Positions 51,655 through 61,799 of a DNA stretch of 64,000 nt are shown here, piece by piece. The notes under the pieces were generated by a model that saw nothing but the letters and a program-made list of their open reading frames with translations, was not told the origin of the DNA and made no database searches. Positions within the stretch are counted from its first letter, which is position 1. Each line of letters begins with the position of its first letter. Origin of the DNA: Psilocybe cubensis (Eukaryota); assembly GCA_017499595.2 (NCBI GenBank), contig CM039000.1:62001-126000 (forward strand), read 5' to 3'. Made by a program: the position numbers and the translations under genes.

Positions 51655-52327
51655 TTACACCCGACGCCCGCTCCTAATGCCCCACTGCAAACCACTGTCT
51701 GGAATCACCTCTGTGACATCCTGTTCCGGCTCGCCTTCATCCCTGGCCTCGTTCTCGCCTTCCAAAAGTGGCATGTCATCGGTCCCACTGTCAGAGGAAA
51801 CGTAAATGGAATCGTCCTCCCCATAAATAGCCTTCTCGATCTGCTCAATATACCACGAGGTTATATCAAACCGCTCGCGTTGCTCCCCATTTATAATGGT
51901 GTAGACTGCTGCAATGGCATCGCGTTGAGCACACTGGGGAACACGGTCCGCAGATCCTCGTTCCAATGCACTCTGGAACGTGACGAGGTCACGGTCAAAG
52001 ACACTGACTATCAAGTCAAGCTCCCGCATCGCGTGGCGGCTGCTCGCCATGCCGCGCTGTCACACCATAGGTTAATATACGTGGAAACATTTGCAGAATG
52101 GTTAGGCTTACCACGGCATTAAGAAAGTGGATAAAATTAAAGAAGTCGCCTCGCGGTCCATGGCTGCCCTCCGTAATGACGCGCATGCCGGCGGCAACCG
52201 TAAAGCTCGTGTCTCGGTGCCAGTGTTCGGTAGCAAAGAGGTTGATTCGGTGGATACTGTTTTCGGTGAAAACTCTAAGCATGATGAAAGTGGTGCTGAA
52301 GTCCGAATTGAGTGTTTGGATGGGCAT
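51655..52327 (-). CDS. Spliced antisense accessory gene within element B (exons 52327-52112, 52056-51655; ~205 aa, unknown function)
   Basis: A 55 bp intron GTAAGC...TATTAAC...GACAG (52111-52057) joins two minus-strand ORFs in frame (..FIHFLNAV-RGMASSRHAMRELD..). TATAAA at 52358-52353. Confidence 0.75.
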
Positions 52328-52370
52328 TTCCAGGTTGACACGGAGGTCAACATTTATAGTACCGGGGAGG

Positions 52371-52995
52371 TGTGGGAACCCACTACCGTCTGCGATCAAA
52401 AGCGCGCGCGATAGCAAAAGCCTGGCGTCACGAGACAGAGCAAAAGCCCATAGCTGTGCCGACGGATGCGACTTCCGACGTGATACAGGAGCGCTGCACC
52501 GATGACCTTATCACACACAGGGGAAGATAAGGGACAAAATGCAAGATAAGTCTTTTCAAACTACAGCATACGAGTGCGTGCGCCACACTCGCCAAGGGGG
52601 GTCGAATAAGGAAATAACCACGACCGCCAAGCATTGATGAGCCCCTGTCAAAGCGCCCACAGGCGCAACGAACAAGGAAACGAGTGTCACGGAGGAGGTG
52701 GTGTCTGGCTCAGCACGCAGCAGTAACAGCTTGGCGAAGATAACAAATTACTATATATTAACTTAGGTAGTGGGAGACAAGACTTTAGTGGAATACAGAG
52801 CTATTTTTTTTCCCTCACATTTCGTCCACCTTGTCTCGGAGTGAATCGCACTCGGCAAGGATCGATCTGTTTTGATTTTCTCTCAATTAAAACTCCAACT
52901 TGCATCTTGCTACACCATTCAGACATTATCTACAACCTTGGACATTGCAGACGGAGTCTGCAAGCTTCGCACACACACAACTTTAACTCACTTCA
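52371..52995 (+). repeat. 3' LTR of element B
   Basis: Direct repeat of 38821-39445. Confidence 0.97.
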
Positions 52996-52999
52996 GTAA

Positions 53000-55900
53000 A
53001 GGCCCAGATCCCCGTGAATGGGGTGATATTGACCTTGATGACACTGAAATGAGTCTTGAAGCGCAGCAAGCAGAACTCGAGAGGCTTAAAGAAGCATTTA
53101 AACAAAAGAAAAACCTTGTAAATAAGATTAAGCAATCTAAACATAAGACCATTAACGATGAGGCAAATCATCAACGAGTGCTAGGTACCCCAGTACCTGG
53201 TAATCAGTACCTTAGGCCACCGAATCAAGGGGCAAAAATGGCAACTAGTCGGGCAATTAATCAATTAGCGCCAAATAGTTATTTGGCCCGTACTTTGGAC
53301 AACATGGATCGCCTAGGAACTCACAAGGGAGACGATGGAGATCCAAGCAATGACTCGTCGGACAGCAGTACAGACGAGGACAATAACCCCAGTCCTAATC
53401 CTAATCAAGGAGACCGTGGGATGTCTAAATCTACGGATAGGTCAGACCCGCGTGAATCAAAGAAAAAGAAGAAGAAATCAAATACATCTCGTAAGTCGGG
53501 ACTAAAACCCATCGCTCCAAAGGAGTATGATGGTACTCCTGACTCTCGAATGTTTAATCGATTTGTGTCCGAGGGAACTACCTATTTAATTGATGGTAAA
53601 GTTCCTAAAGATCGTCAAGTATTTGTACTATCTTATTACCTGACAGGTACAGCATATGACTTCTACACTCAGAAGGTGTCTATGAACTTTGATGAATGGG
53701 ATTTAAAAGATTTCTTTGAGCAATTATTTGATTATTGCTTCCCCATCACGTACCGAGCTGAACAGCAAGTTAAATTAAGACGTTGTTTCCAAAATGACCG
53801 CCGGGTAGCTGCCTACGTACACGAGTTAACGGAATTATACAATTTAATTGGAACAACTGATCCAAGGGACAAAGTTGTTAAACTATGGGATGGATTGCGA
53901 GTCCCAATTCAACAAGGATTGTATCGAGATGGATATAATCCAGATATTTCTACGTGGGATGAAGTTGTTTACCATGCAGAAATTCTAGAGATTGCAGAAA
54001 GCGCTGCAAATCGAGTTAATCGAAAGAACCCACCTAATAATCAATCGTCTGGACACTCCAATTCGGGCCACAGTTCTTCTAAAGGAAAAGGGCGAGATCT
54101 ACGGTCTGAGAGGGCTGTATCTCGACCAAACCCTCGAGATAATGCTGCTGGTACCCGTCAAGCGAATACACCGTTTAAGAGTACCGTCCAGAGGTCTTAC
54201 ACACGTGAAATTAGGTCAAATACACCGCGATTTAGCCCATATTCGCGTGGGACAACAAGACCTGCGGATAAGCGCCCGTTAGAGAAATCTCGGAATAATC
54301 TATTAAATGACAAAGATAGAGCGGAGCACTTAGCTTCAGGAAAGTGTTTTACTTGTCATGAACCGGGACACATGTCCAAGAACTGTCCTAAAAAGAATAC
54401 AGTTCGTTCAAGCTCTTCTAAACCACCTGGACTTTCAAACTTTAATGTTGAAGTAGATCCAGATAAGCTACTTGAGTACGAGTCAATTCATGAACTTGAT
54501 ACCAGTGAAAATGAGGATAACCTTTCGTCAAATGATGACATAGAGTTAATGGATAATTTATCCCTTAACTTGATTGAAATACAACCATTTGAACTTCCCA
54601 AATTAGCTGTGCAAGTTAGTACTAGGCCTAGGTGGAATGACTACCATCCTGAGATGCCTAGAAGGATTCGTTTAGGAGATGCCCTTGCTAGAATGGCTGA
54701 ATATGTACTGAGTAGCTGTCAACCTTATCCAGGAGACAGTGATTATGCGTCACATCGAAATGAATTGGACCGGTTCTTTGTTTCACGAGGGCCAGGTCAA
54801 TTTTACTTTATATATGATAAATACAGGCTAATACGTATGGATATTCATCTTAGATACCTCGCAGATCCTTACTTTAAAATCTGTGATTGGTACTGTAGAG
54901 AACTAACTGCACATTTTGGAGGTTTACTTGATGGAACTAAGGTACATACCATGGGCAATGCCTATGAGTTTAATGCCATGTTGGTACTCAGAAGTGGAAT
55001 CTCTACATTATATCCTACTCGAGATCCAAATATTTATGATGAATTTCGCTTTACAGTGGTATCTAACACCACCACTACATGTCATATTCATGATGAAGAC
55101 TTTGAAGGGTTACCCCTTGTAATTCCTAAAACAAAGCTTCAAAATCCATACTTTGACATTGGAAATTGGTACAGAATTCACAGATATCGAATAATTGAGA
55201 TATCGGACTTGTCTAGTGATGAAATTTATCCACAGATTTCATCAAGTCGTAATGGCACAAGTGATGTATTGTTCTATGATTCGTCTGAATCAGAGGACTC
55301 AAATTATTACTCAGATGACTCATCTGAACATTCTCGTGTTAATGAAGTATCCGATACGGACGATGTATATGTTTTTGGGCAAGAAATTGAAGATACCTTG
55401 CCAGAGGCGCCCGTAAATGAAATAAGCGCCGAAGAACGAGCCTGGGAAACTGCTCGTTCAGGCCGTAGCATGCGTGAGGATCGCATTTTAGATGATATAA
55501 TTGCGTACCGAATGAAATATGCGTTGAATAACACACAACCATTCCCAGAGAAAGGTTATCCTATTAAAGTATCTGGAAGATTTGAAGTTAAACGTATGAA
55601 TAATGTCCTATACATGGTATATGATGGAGTGCGCAAACTTACAACTTATTTCCCCGTCCGGGAAGTCTCCGAGCCAAACTTTAAGCTTGGAGTAGAATAT
55701 GCGAAACGCATAGCGGAATATGAAGGAATCCCAATTCCAATGCATTGGCTATACAATAATTTCCATTTCTCTATGGGATATTGCATTGAACGTGGTCTAG
55801 AACAAGCGCTTCAAGCTTGTAGACCATTTGTACCAGATGTACCATTTCAAGATCAAGATAAATTCCGATTTGTAGTCAAGTCATATAAGGATAACTATAA

Positions 55901-58900
55901 TATTCCTATGCTCCTGATCACGGATACTTACTTTGAAAACAACATATGTATCCGAAGAGATTGGGTTGAAAACCCATTTTTTGAACTAGACATAGGTAAA
56001 TGGTATCAAAATCAGTTGTTTGAACTTGAAAAACATAACCTCCACTTACCTCCATCGAATTATCCGCCATTAGTACTCGATGGTAGTCTACCCCTGATGG
56101 AAGACGAAATAAATTGTCCAGAACAGGTAGAAGAGTCACTTAGACTTGGGTACATACCTGTGTATCATGAGGAAGAAGATATCCTCACGGTTAATGGAAT
56201 ACAAATTCCCCAAGGAACCTATCCTAGTGTGCAACGAAATGCTGCACAAGTCAAGGACCCTAAGCGCTCAATTCCAAAGCCGGTTGTCATTACAGTCAAA
56301 ATTAATGGACATCCGGCTCGGGCACTATTGGATACTGGATCTCTCGGAGATTTCATGTCCACAAGTCTTGCGGATCAATTAAAGGTGGAAAAAATTAAGT
56401 TTGACTCACCATTAGGACTGCAACTAGCCGTCCAAGGCTCACGTTCAAAAATTAATACAGGAACTCAAGTGAAATTTGAGTATGAAACAATTAAAGAGAC
56501 TCGTTACTTTGATATAATTAATGTATCTAACTATGATATCATTTTGGGAACTCCCTGGATGTTCCAGCACAAAATATGCGTTGGATTAAACCCCTCACGT
56601 CTAGTCGTTGGCTGTGACGATTCCCAACCAATTAAAGGTACAAATATTGCCAGTTTATCGTCACAAGCAATTGATATTATTAAACAGAACATAGAGGAGG
56701 CCAGAAATGAGTTAATCGCATATGCAGAACCTTTGTGCAAAACAGCAAATGAAACCGAGCTCCCACCTTTTAGAGCCATAAATCATACAATCCCACTCAT
56801 TGACAAGGATAAAGTCTATCCTTGGATAGCTTCACGATGCCCTGAAGCGCTTAGAAGTCAATGGGTGGAGAAAAGGGATGCTTACCTCAAATCTGGACGC
56901 TGGGAAATCACCAGTTCAAGAAATACTGTGCCAATGTTGTTTATTCCAAAGCCCCGAGCAGCAGGTGAGCCACCCAGTCTGAGAACAGTTATAGATCTTA
57001 GAGCACGGAATGATAATACCTATAAAATGACATCACCATTGCCTGACCCTGAAGGAATACTTCGGAGGGCAGCAAGTCATAAATTTCGGTCTTCAATGGA
57101 TGGTAAAGATGCCTATGAACAGATCCGGATTGACCCTGCACATATTGAAAGAACTGCTGTAACAACACCCGATGGAAACATGGTTAGCCTTGTTATTCAA
57201 ATTGGAGACTGCAATGCTCCAGCAACTTATCAAGCTTTGATGAATCATATATTTTCGCCATACATTGGTCGCTTTATGGATATATATCTAGATGACATCA
57301 TAGTGTATTCAAACACAATTACTGAGCATGTTAAACACGTCAAAATTCTGATTGATGTTCTTAAAAAAGAGAAGTTGTACCTTAGTAAAAATAAACTACA
57401 CTTTCTCGAACCATCACTCAAGATATTAGGACGAGTAATTAACGATAATGGTATCCGAATGGATCCCAATAAAGTGGATTCAGTGATTAATTGGAAAACA
57501 CCCACAAATAGAGACCTGTTACGAGGGTTTCTTGGATCCGTGGGTTATCTTGCTGACGACATACCCACAGTCCGAATTCCCATGGGAATTCTTCATGGAC
57601 TCACGGGTGACACTGTTCCCTTTCGATGGGGATATACGGAACAACGAGCCTTTGAAAATGTCAAACGGCTTGTACAAGGGGCACGAGAACATCATCGTGT
57701 ACCACTTAATTATTCAAAAACTGCGCCACAAATCTGGATGGTGACAGATGGATGCTCCACTGGAGTTGCAGGACTTGTGAGTCAAGGGTCGGATTGGAAA
57801 ACAGCAAAAATTGCTGCCTTCTACTCGGCCAAACTCAACCCTGCACAACAAAACTATCCAGTTCATGAAATAGAAATGTTGGCAGGTGTGGAAACTATGC
57901 TTAGACACCGTGATATTCTACAAGGAGCTTCGTTTAAATGGATCACTGATCATAAGGGATTAATACATTTAATTAACCAAAAGAACTTGTCTGGTAGACA
58001 AGCTAGATGGATAGAAAAGATCAGTGAGTTTTCATTTGAAGTATTATATATTCCTGGTATAGATAATGTGGTTGCAGATGCCTTATCTCGTATCTACTCT
58101 AATGACACACCCGGAACTGTTCGTGCTGCAAGTGAATATACATATTTTGATGTCATTAATGACGACGGACAAATATCCGAGTTAGGAATGCCACTTCTTT
58201 CAGGCATTCAAGCTAAAGTTGCCGTACAAAGAAGGCCCCGCAAAAAGCCCGAACCTGCAGAGACAGGTCGACCAGAAACATCTAAAGAGTTTGCCCGAAG
58301 GCTAAAGGATCATTTCGTTCTCCACGGCCCTGCAGAACGAAAGGAGGGCGGGAGTAGGAACCAATCTAAATTAAGCATACCACGTGAACTAAAATTAGGA
58401 AACTCAACTTCTAAAAGACAAGTTTCTCCGTCGCAAAGTGCAGAAATAGATAGCACAGAGCAACATGATACAGTCCAAGAACAGTTAGACGATCAAAGGC
58501 TGTATGACACGTCATTATTAACGGTTGTTTCTCAGTCTGAAACAGGAATTGACTTGTTAAAAGAACTTAGATTTAAATACAAAAATGACCCATTCTTTTC
58601 AAAGATACTTAATAAGCCAATCGAGTTTAAGAACTTTGAATTTCAGGATGGATTAATTTATCTTAAAAACAATGGGAGAAAGCTATTATGTATACCCCAA
58701 ATTGTAGTAAATGGAAGAAACCTACGAGAAATAGTTATTTCGGAAGCACATTCTGTGTTAGCTCACTTAGGAACCAATAAAACATTAACATACCTCAGGG
58801 ACCATGTCTGGTGGAAAGATATGATGACAGACACCAAAAATTACTGTCAATCTTGCGTCACCTGTCGACGTAGTAAACCACCTAATCATAAACCTTACGG

Positions 58901-60071
58901 ATTATTGAATCCGTTACCTGTACCTGGAGTACCGTGGGAATCGATAGGTGTGGACTTCGTGGGACCACTTCCTGAGTCAAAGAATAGAAACAGTACTTTT
59001 GATTGCATTGCCGTGGTCATCTGTTTACTTACAGGAATGGTTCATCTAGTACCAGCTAGAATTAACTACAATGCAAAACAAATGGCTGAGTTAATGTTTG
59101 AAGAGGTTTACAAACACCATGGTTTACCTAAACATATCATTAGTGACCGAGATGTCTTGTTCACGAGTACATTCTGGATTCAATTAAATAAACTAATAGG
59201 TACTGAACTCAAGATGTCAAGTGCCTATCATCCAGAAACAGATGGATCCACGGAACGTGCTAATCGGACTATCACGCAGATGTTGCGAAACTGTGTATCA
59301 ACCAAACAAACCGATTGGGTTAGTAAATTACCTAACATAGAGTTTGCCATTAACTCTGCTCGATCCGAAAGCACTGGATACGCTCCATTCTTTTTAAATA
59401 CAGGTCGCATGCCTCGATCAATGATCTGGGACTATGCAGATAAGTCTGAATACCCGTCCGTTCGAAGCTTTGCACTCCAACGGAAGCTTGCCATAATTGC
59501 CGCCCATGATAGCATTTTAGCATCACGAGTCAAACAAACTCAAGACGCAAATAAACGTCGCAGAATGGCTCCATTTACTAAAGGAGATCTAGTATATGTC
59601 TCTACAAAGAACATTTCATTCCCTAAAGGTTATGCACGTAAATTAGTGCCTAAGTTTATTGGACCTTACTTAATTTTAAGAGACTTTGGAAATCAATCTT
59701 TTGAAATTGAGCTGCCTCGTTATCTAAAACAACGCGGTGTACACAATGTATTCCATGCGTCTTTGCTTAGGATACACATCCCTAATGACGATAGATTATT
59801 CCCAGGAAGAAACACCACACAATTAAACCTAGAAAGCGAATTTGAACCTGAATGGGCAGTGGATAAAATTTTGAGTCACTCGGGCTCCAAAGACCATGCC
59901 ATTTTTGAGATTCAGTGGAAAGCAGGCGACAAAACATGGCTCCCATATCAACAAATTACGCACCTCAACGCTCTGAAGGAATACCTCGAGCTACTGGGAG
60001 TTGAAACCATTCTTTCTCTCCCTCCTGGGTCAGGAAAACCCCCTCAGAATGACCCACAAATTAGCCAATGA
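53000..60071 (+). CDS. pol: Element A gag-pol, 3' part (capsid, CCHC, unknown 4-repeat region, PR, RT, RNase H, IN, chromodomain)
   Basis: PKEYDG, CFTCHEPGHMSKNC, LLDTGS, YLDDII, VTDGC..TDHK, HHCC and D,D,E integrase, FIGPY, EWAVDKILSH..FEIQWK..TW. No stops or frameshifts. Confidence 0.95.
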
Positions 60072-60203
60072 CTTCATCGCACCATTCTCACTGTTTTATC
60101 GTATAAATACTCTACTATTCGTCAGTTAATTTCGTTCCCAATATCACACAGCTATCAACTCAAATCACAACCAGTTCATTTCGCTTTTTCTATCACTATC
60201 ACC

Positions 60204-61022
60204 ATGGACTCACTCAAATTCAATAAGATCACCGAATCTGCATCTGTTCGTCCAGGAACACCTCGTCCTGTTCATATTCATCACAGCCCTTCGCTTAACG
60301 CTTCGATTGTATCCGACCATGGTGACGAAATTCCAGACATTCATCTTGATGTTGCTACAGCTACAGCTGCACTCACTCCTCCTGCACCTGCTCAGCTTGT
60401 TACTCGTCGTACCATTCCTCCACGATATCCTACATTCATTCACCCATATATATCTCGTCCTAGCCGCACCACCATTCGTGTCCGCGATCAAACCAACTCG
60501 TTAAACCACCGAATCTTTCATATCGGGCAAATTGCAGTTTTCTTGTTAACTGATAAACGCATTCGTGCCGGTCGATTTAACCCTGACCTTATGCCTGAGG
60601 GTTATCTTCAATTTGCTCATGATTTTAATCACGCTAATCCCACCAACAAACGGCTCTCACGTTACTTATCCACCACGAACGAGTTCATCTGCGAAGGAGA
60701 AGCACCCACCTTTGAAGATTTTTGTATTGATCTTACTCTCATAGGCTGGAAGCCATTTTTTTCGACTCCTGTTCGTGCTAATCCTCGTTTCAATAACCCC
60801 AAATCGCTCCTTACCAAGTATAACCGCTTGACGAACGAAATTGAAAGTTTGAGGGCAACTCTGCGTGCAAACGAGTACAATTCCCACGCTTCTTCTTCAC
60901 GCCGCGTTCATAAGCGCCCGCCGCTTTCATCTTTTCCTCCACTCGCTTGCAACCCCAATCCTCTCGAGGATCAACACGACGACGACGACACTACGGGATC
61001 ATCGGCTATGGTTACTGTTTAA
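60204..61022 (+). CDS. Extra sense ORF (272 aa) between pol and the 3' LTR of element A; unknown function
   Basis: ATG-initiated uninterrupted ORF filling the pol-LTR interval. TATAAATA at ~60102. No signal peptide or TM segment evident. Confidence 0.7.
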   Translation: MDSLKFNKITESASVRPGTPRPVHIHHSPSLNASIVSDHGDEIPDIHLDVATATAALTPPAPAQLVTRRTIPPRYPTFIHPYISRPSRTTIRVRDQTNSLNHRIFHIGQIAVFLLTDKRIRAGRFNPDLMPEGYLQFAHDFNHANPTNKRLSRYLSTTNEFICEGEAPTFEDFCIDLTLIGWKPFFSTPVRANPRFNNPKSLLTKYNRLTNEIESLRATLRANEYNSHASSSRRVHKRPPLSSFPPLACNPNPLEDQHDDDDTTGSSAMVTV

Positions 61023-61093
61023 CCTCGCATTCCTCTATCACCAATCTGCCTCCCAAATAATTGAGGATTCTTGCAGAACCCTCGGAGGGCGTA

Positions 61094-61463
61094 TGTAGCA
61101 ACTCGAACAGATTGTAACTATCTTATCTTATCATCTCTTTAGTTTTTGATTTGATCTAGCTATGACACTTCGATTACTTTACTTTAGTCTTCGTCATTCT
61201 GCTCCTACAAACTCACCCTCTTAATATGTATATACATCACTATGACCTCCTACTCCAATTACTACTCCAATGCTCCAAAGTATCTAGTGTATATAAGTAG
61301 CTGTAAATTGTACCAAGGAGGAACAACTTGAAATACGAACCCAAACCTTTAAGCTGTCTGTTTTATCACCTTTCCTCTCACCTCTCACAATCATATCTCA
61401 TCTCGTGTGGCTGTACTTAGATTAATAAGCGTAACTGTACGAATTAGTCTGACTACCGTCACA
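61094..61463 (+). repeat. 3' LTR of element A
   Basis: Direct repeat of 37706-38075, preceded by PPT GGAGGGCGTA. Confidence 0.97.
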
Positions 61464-61799
61464 GGCTGTCTCGCCTCACGTTTTTTTACGTGATAACGCG
61501 ATATGGGAAACATGCGCTAGACACGTGTGTTTCTTTCTTATGACAGCACATACTCCCCGAACAACGTGTTTATCGACTCACAATCTTCTGGTCAGACAAC
61601 AGGAAACACGTCAAGGGAATTGTTCAATCCGTATCATAACCACCGCCACAGGAGAATTTGCTCGACACCCACCACCGACTTGCAATGACGTCTACATGAG
61701 GCATGGTCACCTTGCAGTCACCCCCCATCCACGAAGCTCATCTGTTCGAGCACCGTGTCATCCCAGAATCATCTTGTTCCTCTTCATAATTGTTCAACC

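Larger units (their letters stand above)
38821..52995 (+). mobile_element. Ty3/Gypsy LTR retrotransposon B (middle; 7780 bp once element C is removed), no chromodomain seen
   Basis: 625 bp TG..CA LTRs at 38821-39445 and 52371-52995. 4 bp TSD GTAA (38817-38820, 52996-52999). tRNA-type PBS; PPT GGGGAGG before the 3' LTR. Confidence 0.97.
37706..61463 (+). mobile_element. Ty3/Gypsy LTR retrotransposon A (outer; 9579 bp once element B is removed), chromodomain-bearing
   Basis: 370 bp TG..CA LTRs at 37706-38075 and 61094-61463. 5 bp TSD GGCTG (37701-37705, 61464-61468). Domain order Gag-PR-RT-RH-IN-chromo. Confidence 0.97.

Noticed and set aside
52872-52999. N-terminus of the 2399 aa ORF as the true start of A's polyprotein
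   Set aside because: It lies in B's 3' LTR, and its TTG start exists only because of the C>T difference at 52873. The native start is 38294.
60204-61022. env gene
   Set aside because: No signal peptide, transmembrane anchor or fusion-protein features are visible.
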